A DNA stretch of 64,000 nucleotides, from positions 128,001 through 192,000 of the forward strand of contig CAVSGI010000004.1 in assembly GCA_963727445.1 (NCBI GenBank). Reading direction: 5' to 3'. The position numbers were made by a program, and so were the translations under genes. The DNA comes from an uncultured delta proteobacterium. GTDB taxonomy: Bacteria; Myxococcota_A; Polyangia; Polyangiales; B10-G4. The notes beneath the pieces are model-generated. The model made no database searches, was not told the origin of the DNA, and worked only from the letters and a program-made list of their open reading frames with translations. This document shows positions 21,635-33,800 of the stretch, in pieces (position 1 is the first letter of the stretch; every line of letters starts with the position of its first letter).

Positions 21635-23131
21635 ATGTCGGGCAACATCTTGGCGATCGACCAGGGAACCACCGGGTCGACAGTGGTCGTGCTGTCTTCT
21701 GAGGGCAAAGTCCTCGGCAAGGCCAATCACGAATTCGAGCAGCACTACCCCAAACCCGGTTGGGTCGAGCACGACCTCGGGGACATCTGGACGAGCGTCG
21801 CCAAGGCGCGCGCCGATGCGCTCGAAGCGTCGGGGATCGATCCGAAGAGCATCGGCGCGATCGGCATCACCAACCAGCGCGAGACCACCGTGCTCTGGGA
21901 TCGGAGGACGGGTGAAGCCGTGGGTCGCGCCATCGTCTGGCAAGACCGACGCACCGCCGACCGCTGCAAGGAGCTGAAGGACGCGGGACTCGAAGAGACG
22001 TTCCGCGCGCGCACCGGGCTCGTCCTCGACCCCTACTTCGCGGGTACGAAGCTGGAGTGGATGCTCCGGAGCGACGACGGCCTGATGGCGCGCGCAAGAG
22101 CGGGCGACCTCGCCTTCGGCACGATCGACTCCTGGCTCGTCGCGCGTCTCTCGGGCGGCGAGCGTCACGTCACCGACGTCACCAACGCTTCGCGCACGCT
22201 CCTCTACGACATCCACCGCGGCGCGTGGGACGAGGAGCTCTGCGAGCATCTGCACGTCCCCTCGGCCGTTCTGCCGGAGGTGTGCAGCTCCTCCGAGGTC
22301 TACGCGAAGACCAGGAGCGTTCCGGGGCTCCCCGACGGCATTCCCGTCGCGGGCATCGCCGGCGATCAGCAAGCGGCGCTCTTCGGGCAGACATGCTTCC
22401 AGAAGGGCGAGGCCAAGAGCACCTACGGCACGGGCGCCTTCATCCTGATGAACACCGGCACCGAGGCGGTGAAGAGCGACTCGGGTCTGCTCACCACCAT
22501 CGCCTGGCGCATCGGCGACGAGACGGTCTATGCGCTCGAGGGCAGCGCCTTCATCGCGGGCGCCGCGGTGCAGTGGCTGCGCGACGGGCTCCAGATCATA
22601 GGCTCGGCGCCCGACGTCGAAGCGCTCGCGCGACAGGTGCCGGACACCGGCGGCGTGGTCTTCGTGCCCGCGCTGACCGGCCTCGGCGCACCCCACTGGG
22701 ATCCCAACGCCCGCGGCCTGATCTGCGGCCTGACCCGCGGCACCACACGGGCCCACCTCGCGCGCGCCACGCTCGAGGGCATCGCTTTCCAAATCGCCGA
22801 CCTGAGCGGCGCGATGGAGAAGGATTCGAATACGCCCCTGCGACGTCTGCGCGTCGACGGAGGCGCGTCGATGAATGCGCTCTTGATGGAGTTCCAAGCG
22901 GGGTTACTTGGCGTCCCGGTGGATCGCCCGAAGGTGATCGAGACCACCGCCCTCGGCGCGGCCTATCTGGCCGGTCTCGCGGTCGGAATATTCCCCGACC
23001 TCTCGGCGGTCATCGACGCACATCAGGTGGACCAGACCTTCGAACCGGACATGAAAGAGAGCGAGCGCGACGAACACGTCGCGCGGTGGCGTGAAGCGGT
23101 GGAGCGGGCTCGCTCCCGGGATTTGTCATGA
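21635..23131 (+). CDS. glpK: Glycerol kinase
   Basis: [78 protein letters not shown]. Confidence 0.97.
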   Translation: MSGNILAIDQGTTGSTVVVLSSEGKVLGKANHEFEQHYPKPGWVEHDLGDIWTSVAKARADALEASGIDPKSIGAIGITNQRETTVLWDRRTGEAVGRAIVWQDRRTADRCKELKDAGLEETFRARTGLVLDPYFAGTKLEWMLRSDDGLMARARAGDLAFGTIDSWLVARLSGGERHVTDVTNASRTLLYDIHRGAWDEELCEHLHVPSAVLPEVCSSSEVYAKTRSVPGLPDGIPVAGIAGDQQAALFGQTCFQKGEAKSTYGTGAFILMNTGTEAVKSDSGLLTTIAWRIGDETVYALEGSAFIAGAAVQWLRDGLQIIGSAPDVEALARQVPDTGGVVFVPALTGLGAPHWDPNARGLICGLTRGTTRAHLARATLEGIAFQIADLSGAMEKDSNTPLRRLRVDGGASMNALLMEFQAGLLGVPVDRPKVIETTALGAAYLAGLAVGIFPDLSAVIDAHQVDQTFEPDMKESERDEHVARWREAVERARSRDLS

Positions 23132-23919
23132 GCAAGAGCAGCGAAAAAGGAACGATCCGCGAGGTGCCCGTGGCTTGGGAGGCGCTCGAGGACGCATTCG
23201 AGAACAACGCGCCCGAGGTGCACAGCTACCTTCATCTCGACACCGGTGAGGTCATTCGCATCGTCGACGGCATCGCCGACCCCGCGATGCACGCCCGCGT
23301 GAGCACCGATGCGCAGTACCTTCGCATCGATCCCGTCTCCTCCCGCGAGCAGTACCGGTGGATGGAGCGCTTCATCGCGTCCGTCGACAACACCGAGATT
23401 CGCAACAAGCTGGTGCGCGCCATCGACGGCAAGGGTGCCTTCCGTCGATTCAAAGACGTGCTGATGAGCTATCCGGTCGATCGCGAGCGTTGGTTCACCT
23501 TCCGCTCCGAGCGACTCAAGGCGTGCATGGAAGCGTGGCTCACCGCCCACGGGATCGACCCCGTGGCGCGACCCTCGTGGCGCGTGCCCTCGGCCGACGA
23601 AGTGAAGGAAAACGTGGAGCAACAGGAAGCGGAGAAGCCCGGACGTCGCTCGCGCGCGGCGATCGCGGAAGCTCAGCGGAAGAAGGCCCACGACGTGGTG
23701 GATCTCCTCCCGGCGCGCGAGCTCGATGCGGCGCTGGCGTTCTTGGAGTTCCTCCGAGAACGCAAGCACACGCCGCGACCCCGCGCGAAGGTGGTGGAGC
23801 CCGGCGCCGAGGAGAGCGCCGGCGGTGATTCCAGCGCTGCCGACGCCGCCGAGGCGAAGGACGACAAGTCCAGGAACGGCAAGAAGAAGGGCGAGGCCAA
23901 AGCGGCCAAGGCCAAGTGA
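23128..23919 (+). CDS. UPF0158 family protein
   Basis: [34 protein letters not shown]...RWFTFR motifs; ATGA overlap with glpK. Confidence 0.85.
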   Translation: MSKSSEKGTIREVPVAWEALEDAFENNAPEVHSYLHLDTGEVIRIVDGIADPAMHARVSTDAQYLRIDPVSSREQYRWMERFIASVDNTEIRNKLVRAIDGKGAFRRFKDVLMSYPVDRERWFTFRSERLKACMEAWLTAHGIDPVARPSWRVPSADEVKENVEQQEAEKPGRRSRAAIAEAQRKKAHDVVDLLPARELDAALAFLEFLRERKHTPRPRAKVVEPGAEESAGGDSSAADAAEAKDDKSRNGKKKGEAKAAKAK

Positions 23920-23983
23920 TCCATCGGGCGCGCACCAGCGCGCTCGCTGGCTCCGCGCCCGCGCCATCGGCTATCTTCGGGGC

Positions 23984-24688
23984 GTGAGGCGTCGTCTCGC
24001 GCTCGTCATGCCGTGCCTGCTCTGCCTCGCAGGGCTCTCGGCGCACGTGCAGGCGGACGCCCCGGTCGTTGCGGGTGGGACGCGCGTCGACGGCATCGCC
24101 GCGCTGATCGGCGGTGCGAGCCCCGGGCCCAACGTCGAGCTCGTGCTGCGATCCGATGTCGACCTGCGGGCGCGCATCGTCCTCAGTGGCCAGCTGGGCA
24201 GGCCGGCCGCGACCGAGCCGGTGCCCGGCGCGCTCAGCGCCGCGACCCTCGAGCAGCTGGTGGGTGAGGCGCTCATCGCGCGCGAAGCCGAGCGGGTCCG
24301 GGTCGAGCCTCCCGACGAGTCCGCGCTCTCCGTGGAACGCGCACGCATCGAACGGGAAGCTGGCGGCGCCACCGTTCTGTCGGAGCTCTTGCGCAGAGTC
24401 GGCGCGAGCCGCCGAGAGGTGGACGAGATCGCGCGGCGACGCGCGTTGGTCACCGCGTTCCTGCAGGTCAATCTCGAAGGGACCGCGGTGGTGACCGACG
24501 CGGAGATCGAGCGCATCTACGAGAGCGGGGAGCATCCCTTCGAGGGGCAGCCCCTGGAGGAGGTCGAGGGGCAGCTTCGCGCACTCCTCGCGCGCCAGGC
24601 GGTGGACCGGGCCGTGCGGCGCTGGGTCTCGGTGCTGCGCGCCCGCACGGATGTCGTCGTGCTCAGCGATTACGAGGGCCAGCGCTGA
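23984..24688 (+). CDS. Exported SurA N-terminal-domain-like protein
   Basis: Signal peptide; VDGIAALIG...LVLRSDV, TLEQLVGEALIAREAER, VTDAEIERIYE and WVSVLRARTDV resemble SurA/PrsA N- and C-terminal helices; no parvulin domain. Confidence 0.6.
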   Translation: MRRRLALVMPCLLCLAGLSAHVQADAPVVAGGTRVDGIAALIGGASPGPNVELVLRSDVDLRARIVLSGQLGRPAATEPVPGALSAATLEQLVGEALIAREAERVRVEPPDESALSVERARIEREAGGATVLSELLRRVGASRREVDEIARRRALVTAFLQVNLEGTAVVTDAEIERIYESGEHPFEGQPLEEVEGQLRALLARQAVDRAVRRWVSVLRARTDVVVLSDYEGQR

Positions 24689-24967
24689 TCAGGGCTGGCT
24701 CATCAGAACGGCGACCACCAGCGACCCCGCGAGCGCCACAAGCACGCCCGCCGTCACGCCGAGGATCTTGAAGCCGCGCTGATGGCCGAGGCGGTCTGCG
24801 ACCCACATCCCACCGAAGCAGCCGGCGATGAAGAGGCCGAAGGTGGTGGGGACCACCGGCCAGTCCGGGCCCACCGCCAGGAAGAGCCCGTAGTTGGCGA
24901 GCAGGCCGAGAGAGCCGCCGGCGAGCCACCCGAAGACGGTGGTCGCGCGGCGCCGGCCCTCGTTCAC
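24689..24967 (-). CDS. Small membrane protein (3 TM)
   Basis: Three hydrophobic segments; GTG start at 24967 inferred. Confidence 0.6.
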   Translation of the reverse strand: MNEGRRRATTVFGWLAGGSLGLLANYGLFLAVGPDWPVVPTTFGLFIAGCFGGMWVADRLGHQRGFKILGVTAGVLVALAGSLVVAVLMSQP

Positions 24968-25158
24968 GCTCTTTTCGGCCACGGCTGCTCTAGAGCCGAT
25001 CCTGGGACCTCGCGCAAGGCGATTTCCTTCGAGGCGCACCCTCGACCCCGGTGAGGTTCTGGCCCAAGCTCGGCCCTGTTTTTTGCGTCAGAGAAGGAGG
25101 CTGGGGCCCTTGGGCTCCCGCCGACCGAGTGTGCTACGTTCCCGGCCCCGAGGTTCCA

Positions 25159-26424
25159 GTGTCCGACAAGGAAAACGACCGAGATATCGACGAGGATGCC
25201 CTGGCAGCCCTCGTTCGCCCTTCCGCCGCCCCTGCCGCCGACGAGGCACCGAGCGAGGACGACGACGAAGACGTCCTGGACCTCCGCGCCCTCGCGGCCT
25301 CCATGGCGCCCCCGGAGCCCTCCGGGAGCGACGACGAGGACGACGAAGCCGACGAAGACGACGAGGAAGCGGAGAAGGATTCGGAGGACGCGGAAGAGGC
25401 GGCCGCCGCCGCTCCCGAAAAGAAGAAGGCTGCCGCGGCCGCCGAAGCGAAGCCCAAGAAGAAGTCCTCTACGAAGAAGAAGTCCTCGGGCAACGCGAAG
25501 AAGTCGACCGCGAAGAAGTCGACCGCGACGAAGTCGAAGGCCGAGCCCGAAGAGGAGCGCAGCCGCGCGGCCGCAGCCCCGGTGGCCGAGCCCGCGCAGA
25601 AGAGCAACACGATGCTCTACGCCGTGATCGTCGTGGCCGCGGCCGCGGTGGGTATCGTCTACATGGTGACGAACAATCCGGACACCGAGCCCACCTCGGA
25701 GATCGCGTCGGCGCCGCCGACGTCGGTCGAGGCGGTGGATGATCCCGAGCCGGTCGACACCGTCGAATACACCGAGACCGAGATCGAAGAGGTGGTCGAG
25801 GTCGTGGAGCCCGACCCCGCGGTGGAGGGTGAAGCCGTCGGCGAGGAGACGGCTTCGGCTGTCGAGCCGGCCGTGGCCGCCGCTCGTCGCCCGCGCAGCG
25901 CGGGTGCGGCGCGCACCAGCATGGCGAGCGCCGAGGCAGCGCCGACGATGGAGTCCGCCGCGACGACCATGGCAGCAGCGACCACCACGATGACGTCGAC
26001 CTCCTCGATGGAGAGCGAGCCTGCGACCGGCGGCGCCCTCGACTCGGTGCTCGACATGGCGCTCGGCGGCCGCCCGGCCGCTGGCGGAACGCGCACCGTG
26101 GCCACGATGGAAGCCGAGGCGCCCACGCCGGCCCCTTCGGGCAACCTGCCCGCGACTCCCAGCCGCGGCGACGTCGCCCGCACCCTCGGTCGGCTGATGT
26201 CGCAGATCAGGCAGTGCGCCGGAGAGCAGGTGGGCCTCGCCAACGCCACGATCCTCGTGCGCAGCGACGGCACCCCCGCCAGCGTGTCCATCGGCGGCAA
26301 TCCCTTCGGGGGAACGCCCCAGGGCGCGTGCATGGAGGGCGTGCTTCGCCACGCGCAGTTCCCGCCCTTCCGTCAGAGCACCTTCCGCGTGAACTATCCG
26401 TTCGCGATCCGCGCCACGAACTGA
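25159..26424 (+). CDS. Bitopic membrane protein with acidic and Lys-rich N-terminus and C-terminal AgmX/GltJ-like TonB_C-type domain
   Basis: TM LYAVIVVAAAAVGIVYMV; C-terminal IRQC...ILVRSDG...GACMEGVLRHAQFPPF...VNYPF typical of myxobacterial TonB_C-like domains. Confidence 0.7.
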   Translation: MSDKENDRDIDEDALAALVRPSAAPAADEAPSEDDDEDVLDLRALAASMAPPEPSGSDDEDDEADEDDEEAEKDSEDAEEAAAAAPEKKKAAAAAEAKPKKKSSTKKKSSGNAKKSTAKKSTATKSKAEPEEERSRAAAAPVAEPAQKSNTMLYAVIVVAAAAVGIVYMVTNNPDTEPTSEIASAPPTSVEAVDDPEPVDTVEYTETEIEEVVEVVEPDPAVEGEAVGEETASAVEPAVAAARRPRSAGAARTSMASAEAAPTMESAATTMAAATTTMTSTSSMESEPATGGALDSVLDMALGGRPAAGGTRTVATMEAEAPTPAPSGNLPATPSRGDVARTLGRLMSQIRQCAGEQVGLANATILVRSDGTPASVSIGGNPFGGTPQGACMEGVLRHAQFPPFRQSTFRVNYPFAIRATN

Positions 26425-26425
26425 C

Positions 26426-27058
26426 GTGAGCCACGAGCCGAAAGGCAGTCGGCGAAGTATCCACGCGGCCCTCGCGGTCGTCTTCTCGGTCGCGGCCTGC
26501 GGCGGCGGAGCGTCGTCGGTGCAGAGCGCCGAGGCGTCGTCGCGTGCGCAGCCGGACGATCAACCAGACGCCCAGGCGATCGCCCAGGTTGGAAAACGGA
26601 TCTACGACGCCATGGTGGCTGGCGATCCGCAGAGGCTCCTCATCGACGACGCGGGGATGCGGCGGCTCGTGACCACGGAAGCCGGGGAGCGCTACGCCGC
26701 GCTGCGCCTGGGCGTCGGGACGCGCCTCGGCGAGATGTCGCCGCTCGCCTTCGAAGGAACCGAGTACCTGGGGGTGTGCCTGCAGGGCGCGCGCCTCGAG
26801 CCCGCGGAGGGCGAGCTGGGGCTCCGGGAGCCGGCCTGGATCTTCGAGCGGGCGCTGGTCGCAGGCCGGATGGCCTCGGGGCGGCGGACCGCCGCCTGGG
26901 TCGAAGGGGTCTTCGTCCGGACCCCCGAGGGCTTCATCGCCCTCGATCTCACCTCCGCCGAAGATCCGCGCTGGGAGCATACCGATCTCGAGATCGCCCC
27001 CTGCGATATGGAGGAGGGGATCCGGGAAGCACAAGATGTAGGTATGGCCACGCAGTGA
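26426..27058 (+). CDS. Hypothetical lipoprotein
   Basis: Lipobox VAAC; starts 1 bp after the upstream stop. Confidence 0.65.
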   Translation: MSHEPKGSRRSIHAALAVVFSVAACGGGASSVQSAEASSRAQPDDQPDAQAIAQVGKRIYDAMVAGDPQRLLIDDAGMRRLVTTEAGERYAALRLGVGTRLGEMSPLAFEGTEYLGVCLQGARLEPAEGELGLREPAWIFERALVAGRMASGRRTAAWVEGVFVRTPEGFIALDLTSAEDPRWEHTDLEIAPCDMEEGIREAQDVGMATQ

Positions 27059-27179
27059 CCACCACCCTGTGGGGCGGATTTGATTGCAGGGTCCAGGGCT
27101 GGGTGGTAGTGCAGCTCAAAGCCCGGGAAGATCGGCGTCAGAGGGCGGCGATCGCCCTGGGTGGAGCGAGAGCGCCCAA

Positions 27180-30100
27180 ATGAAGATCAAGAGGCTCGAA
27201 ATCGTCGGTTTCAAGTCGTTCGTGGACAAGGCCGTGCTGGTCTTCGATCACGACGTGACCGGCATCGTCGGCCCCAACGGCTGCGGCAAGTCGAACATCG
27301 TCGACGCCATCCGCTGGGTCATGGGCGAGCAGAGCGCGCGCCATCTCCGCGGCAAGGCCATGGAGGACGTCATCTTCAACGGCTCGGAGAACCGGGGCCC
27401 CCACGGCTTCGCCGAGGTGACGCTCACCTTCGACAACACCGACGGCCTGACGCCGCCCGAGTACCGCGACTACGCCGAGATCGAGGTCACCCGCCGGCTC
27501 GATCGCAGCGGCCGCAGCGACTACCTGATCAACAGGACGCCCGTGCGCTTGATGGACGTCACCAATCTCTTCCTCGGCACCGGCGTCGGCAAGCGCGCCT
27601 ACTCGATCATCGAGCAGGGACGCATCGGCTACATCGTCTCGTCCAAGCCCGAGGACCGCCGCCACCTGATCGAAGAGGCGGCCGGCATCACCAAGTTCAA
27701 GGCCGCAAGCGGGCCGCCGAGCGCAAGATGGACCAGACGCGCCAGAACCTGCTGCGCGTCGGCGACATCATCGGCGAGATCGAGCGCAGCCTCGCGTCCC
27801 TCAAGCGCCAGGCGCAGAAGGCGGAGCGCTACAAGCGCTACAAGCACGAGATGCGCGACCTCGAGCTCCTCGTCGCCAGTCACCGCTGGCTCGAGCTCAC
27901 GGCGACGCAGAAGGTGATCGGCACCGAGCTCGACGACGCGGCCGCGCGCATGGCCGGGCGACGGGCGGCGCTCACGCTGAAGCGAGGCCGAGCTCGATGC
28001 CGAGCGCGCCGAGCTCGCGGTGATCGAGCGCCGCGTCGATGGCGCGCAGACGCGCTCCTACGAGGTCGACAATCAGGTGCGGCTCCTCGAGAGCCAGATC
28101 GCGCATCACCTCGAGCGCCTCGAGTCGTTGCGCGATGCCGAGCGGAAGATGGAGCGCGAGCTCGGCGAGATGGACGGGCAGCGCGGCGCGTTCCGTCAGG
28201 AGCGCGGGCTGCTCGAGGCGAGCCTGTCGGACCTCGAGTCGAAGGAGCGCGAGGCCGACGCCGTGCTCGAGCGCGAGACCACCGAGCTGGACCGTCGCCG
28301 CGGCGCGGCCGAAGAGGCGGAACGTGCGGTGGGGGCCATCCGGCAGAAGCTGGGCGAGGCCGAGACCCGCATGGCGCGCGCGGAGGCACTTCGTCAGAGC
28401 TTCGAGCGCCCGGCGCGTCCCGATCGGCAGCGGCGAGAGAAGCTCAGCGCCGACAAGGAGGCACTGGCGCGGCTCCTGGTGGAAAAGGAGCAGGAGCTCT
28501 CGGCCCTGGGTGGCCGCCTGAACGGCCTGCGCGGCGGACGCAGCGAGACCAGCGCCAAGAAGGAAGAGATCGAGGCCGAGCTCGCGAAGCTGCGCGACGA
28601 GCGCAAGGAGAGCGACTCGGTCGTCGAGGCCGCGCGCGAAGAGCTGGTGCAGAAGCGCTCGCCGGCTGCGCTCGCTCGAGGAGATCCAGGCAGCGCTTCG
28701 AGGGCGTGGGCGCGGGCGTGCGGGCGCTGATGAAGCACTACGCGGAACGACGACCGCTTCCTCGGCATGCTCGCCGATCGCCTCGAGTGTGCGCCCGAGC
28801 TGACCGAGCGCCCTCGCCGCGGCGCTCGGCGAGCGCCTCAGCTGGGTGGTCGTGAAGAGCGGCGACGCCGGCGCCGAAGCGCTCGCCTTCCTCCGGTCGG
28901 AGGAGCGAGGACGCGCGACGGTGCTCGCGCGCGATGCCATCCGCGACGCTTCCGTGAAGACCGCCCCGAGTGGGGAAGGCGTGCGGGGCGCGCTCGCGGA
29001 CATGGTGCGGCATGCGCCCGACGACGCGACGCTGGTGCGTCACCTGCTGGGCGACGTGGTGGTGGTCGACACCCTGGAGCACGCCCTCGCGCTTCGTGGC
29101 GAGTGTGCCGCCACCCTGGTCACCCTCGCGGGCAGGTGCTGACGGCGGACGGGCAGCGTGACGGGCGGGGCGCGACGAGGCGTCGGCGCGCACATGATCG
29201 AGGTCAAGCGCGAGGTGCGCGAGCTCGCGGTCGTGGTGGCGGGCCTCGAGGAGGAGGTGGAGTCCGCGGTCCGCCGTCATGGCGAGCTGCGCACGAAGCA
29301 TCGCCACCTTCGAGGCGGAGCTCGACTCCGCCCGCACCGAGACGCACGACGCCGAGATCGCGATCGTCATGGCCGACAAGGATCTGCGGCCGTATCGAGA
29401 GCGAGCTCGACCGAAGGACGCCGTCGCGGCGAGGAGATCGAGCGCGAGCTCGGCCAGGTCGAGGCCTCGCTGTCCACCATCGGGGACGAGGAGCAGCTCG
29501 GTCAGAAGGAGATCGAAGCGGCGCGCGTCGCGAAGGCCGAGGCCGAGCAGGAGCTCTCGGCGCAGAGCGAGGTCCTCGAGCAGCGCCGCCAGGCCTCCGA
29601 TGCCCAGTCGACGCGGGTCACCGAGGTCCGCGTCCTCGCGGCGCAGGCGCGCGAGCGGGCCGAGGGCGATCGCGGCGCGATGGAGCGCCTGAACCGCTCG
29701 ATGGAGGAGCTCGACCAGCGCTCCTCGCGCATGGCCGACGACCTCGCCGACGCCGCGCGCCAGCAGGGGCATCTGGTGGCGCAGGTGGTGCTCTGTCGCG
29801 AACAGCTGCACGCGTCGGTGCGCGACGCCATGGACGCGCACGAAGCGCTCGCCGAGGTGAGGGCGTACTTCGACAGGCCCGCCAGGCCCTCGCCGGCAAG
29901 GAAGAGTCGCTCAAGGAGCTCCGCCACGAGATCGAGTCGGGCGTCGGATCAGGTCAGCGGCCTCACGCTGCGCGAGCGCGAGCTCGCGATGGAGCTCGAC
30001 CACCTCCTCGATACGATCGCCGAGCGCCATCGAGTCGACCTCCGCAAGGTGCTCACCGACTTCCACGTCGCGGGAGATCCCCGACGCCTCCATCCGCCAG

Positions 30101-30777
30101 CGCATCGAAGAGCTCATCCGGCTCATCGAGCGCATGGGCGAGATCAACCTCACGGCGATCGAGGAGTACGAGGAGAAGTCGCGAGCGCTACGAGTACCTC
30201 ACCAAGCAGCGCACCGACCTCGAGGACGCGCTTCGCCAGCTCGATCGCGCCATCCGGCAGATGAACCGCGAGAGCCGGCGCCTGTTCAAGGAGGCGTTCC
30301 ACGGGATCAACGAGCGCTTCAAGAAGGTCTTCCCGCACCATGTTCGGCGGCGGAAAGGCCGAGCTGCGGCTCACCGACCCGGACAACCTGCTCGAGACCG
30401 GCGTCGAGATCATCGCCCAGCCGCCCGGCAAGCGGCTGGGCTCCCTCGAGCTGATGAGCGGCGGCGAGAAGGCGTTGACCGCGGTGTCGCTGATCTTCGC
30501 CATCTTCCAGTACAAGCCGAGCCCCTTCTGCCTCCTCGACGAGGTCGACGCGCCGCTCGACGAGGCCAACATCAGCCGCTTCGGCGAGGCGGTGCGGCGG
30601 ATGACCGACCGAAGCCAGTTCATCATCATCACCCACGCCAAGCGCACGATGGAGACGACCGACGTCCTCTACGGCGTCACCATGGAGCAGCCCGGCGTGA
30701 GCAAGCTGGTGAGCGTCGAGCTCCGCGGTGACCATCGCCCACAGGTGGGCGGCCCCTCCGAAATCGCCGTCGCCTGA
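27180..30777 (+). CDS. smc: Chromosome segregation protein SMC (many frameshifts in this sequence)
   Basis: GFKSF, Walker [11 protein letters not shown]-loop IIEQG, coiled coils, hinge, signature MSGGEK, Walker B/D-loop [16 protein letters not shown]; span fits about 1200 aa; frame switches repeatedly between ~27703 and ~30340. Confidence 0.92.
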
Positions 30778-30850
30778 AGAGGCAGCGCCGCCCCGCGGCG
30801 CGGAAGGCTGATCGAAAGGGGCCCGAGAGTCGTATGATTCCATACACTCC

Positions 30851-33800
30851 GTGGCTCAGCTGGCGACATTGGACGAGTTCGAGGTGCTACGGCCGTTGGG
30901 CCATGGCCCCGAGGGCTTTCGCTATCTCGGACGGGATGCCGGGGGGAACGACGTGGAGATTGTTCGCTTGGCGCCCCTCGACGGCCATCGACGCGAAGAG
31001 CTCGAACGGCGCATCGACGCTCTGATCGACGTACGAGCGGCGGGGGCGCGTCGGATTATCGTCGCCTCGTTGGACTCGTCGGTTCCCTACGTCGTCCTCG
31101 AGCGCGTGCGCCCGCTCGCGGAGGTCGGCTACGATCGGGAGGCGGCCACCGAGATCATCGGGACCCTGGCTCTCGCCCTCGCCGAGGCGCATCGCCTCGG
31201 CATCGTTCACGGCCTCATCGATCGCGAGCGAGCCGGCATCGGGCCCGACGAGCAGCCGCGCCTGGACTTCTCGGGCCTGGTGGTCACCGAACGCACGGGG
31301 CACACCTCGCCGCCCCCGGAGCTGGCGCGCGAAGGAATCGCGACCACGGCCGGTGACGTGTGGTCGCTGGGCGTTCTCTACGAGTCGCTCCTCGCCGCTC
31401 AAACGCGGCCTGCGGGCGGCGTCGACGCGACCGAGGCAGACCCCGACCGAAGGCTCCGCGAGCTTGTCGACGCGATGAAGGCCGTCGACCCGGACCGCCG
31501 GCCCAGCGCCGACGAGGTCGCCGACCGGCTCCTCGAAGCCGCGGTGATGACCGACGAGACGGTGGCGACACGGCGCGCGCGTCGCCCGCGCGACAAACGC
31601 ACCATCGACGTCGACACTGGTACCAAGCTCGGCCGCTTCGAGCTCCTCGCGCCCATCGGTGAAGGAGGGATGGGTCGTGTCTTCCGAGGCCGCGACGCTG
31701 CCAGCGGCGAGGAGGTGGCGATCAAGGTGCTGTCTCCACGCCGTCACGTGGACGAGCTCGCGGTGCGGCGCTTCCGCCGCGAGGCGCGGCTCTTGTCGCG
31801 GATCGACTCCCCGGCCATCGCACGATTCGTCGAGGCCAACGAAGACGGAGGCGTGCTCTACCTCGCGATGGAGCTGGTGGAGGGCGACTCGCTCAAGGAC
31901 GTCATGGCCAAGGGCCTGTTGCCCGTGCCGCGCGCGCTCGACATCGGCATCGAGGTCTGTCGCGCGCTGGCGGACATCCACGACCTCGGCGTCGTACATC
32001 GCGACGTCAAGCCCGCCAACGTTCTGCTCTCCTCCCGCCGCGTCGCCGGCACGACCGAGATCGTCAAGCTCTGCGATTTCGGCATCGCCCGTCCCCTCGA
32101 CCCGGCGGAGGACTCCGGGATCACCCGAGCCGGCGCGGCTCCGGGTACACCCTGGTACATGTCACCCGAGCAGTGTCGCGCCGCGTCGGTCGGCGTCCGT
32201 GCCGACGTATACGCGCTCGGTGCGACGCTCTTCCACGTGCTCGCCGGCGAGCCGCCCTTTCCGGCCCGCGAGCCGGCGGTCGTCGTGGCCGGACATCTGA
32301 ACGATCCACCACCTGACATTCGTTCGCTTCGGCCCGAGGTCGACGAGCACGTGGCGGCGATCATCGCGCGGGCGCTCGAAAAGGATCCCGCGAATCGGTA
32401 CGCCGACGGGCGCGACATGCTGCGCGAGCTCGAGGCCGCGCGCCATGGAGAGCGGGCCAGCATCGTCATGCACCCGCTCCCTTCGACCGAAGGGGCGCGG
32501 CCCAGCGTGTACCGCTTCGAGTGGCGCCTCGCGTCGACCCCCGAGGAGCTCTGGCCCTACGTCTCGGATACCGAGCGCTTCAACCGCGCGGTGGGCATCT
32601 CGTCGGTGCATTTCAGCCACGAGCCGGCGGAGCACGGCGTTCAGACGCAGGCGCGCCAGACCGCGATGGGGATGGTCATGGAGTGGCGTGAGCATCCATT
32701 CGAGTGGATCGCGCCTCGCCGTCTCGGTGTCCTGCGCGAGCACCACCGCGGGCCCTTTGCGTGGATCCGGAACACCGTGGATCTCACAGCCGACAGGGGC
32801 GGCACGCTCCTCACCCACACCGTCGAGGTCGCCCCGCGGGGGACCGTCGGACGCGCGGCCGCGTCCCTCGAGATCGGCGTACGGCTTCGCCGCGCCTTCG
32901 CCCGGGTCTATCAGCGCATCGACGAGACCTGTGTCCTCGCCAAGGCGGCGCAGGCTGCGATGGGGAGGGTGCGCACCGGCGACCCCTACGAATCGGCTCC
33001 GGAGCTCTCGCTCCTCGCGCTGCGCCGGCTCGACGCGGCGCAGGATCGACTGCTCACGCGAGGGATCGCGCCGGACGTGGTGGAGGCGCTGGTGGAGCAC
33101 CTCCGCGAGGCCGCGGCGCAGGAGGTCGCGCACATTCGTCCGGTGGCCCTCGCCCATCGATACGGCGTCGACGCCGACGCCATGGTGAGGGCGTGCCTTT
33201 GGGCAGCCCAGGACGGAGCGCTCGAGCTCTTGTGGGACATCATCTGTCCGGCCTGCAGGATCCCGTCTTCGATCGTCGAGACGATGGCGCAGCTTCGCGA
33301 GCACGCGCGCTGCGATGCATGCGACATCGACTTCGAGCTCGATCTCGCGCGTTCGGTGGAGCTGGTGTTCCGCGCCCATCCCTCGCTGCGCCAATCCGAT
33401 CAGGCGACTTATTGCATCGGTGGGCCCGCCCACTCGCCGCACGTGCTCGCGCAGGTCAGGCTCGACCCGGGCGAGCGTTTCCTCCTCGATCCCGAGCTCG
33501 CGGAGGGCGCATATCGTCTGGCGGGTCGCTGGTCGGACAAGAGCTGGGAGTTTCGCGTCGCACGTCAGGCGCCTCACGACGAGTGGCACCTGCGCCTCGA
33601 GCGGGGGCTGTCCAGCAACGCCTCCCGGAGCCTTCGGCCCGGCAAGGTGCGGATCCTGCTCGAGAACGATCAGGAGCACGAAGCTGTCGTTCGCCTCGAG
33701 CGGGCGGACGGCCGGTCGGAGGCCTTCACCGCATCTCACGCGGCGTCGCATCCGCTCTTCCGAGAGCTCTTTCCGAGCGAGGTGCTCTCTCCGGACCAGC

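Noticed and set aside
27180..30777. Calling smc a pseudogene
   Set aside because: Catalytic motifs and overall length are intact and other indels in the window look like sequencing errors; cannot be called without reads.
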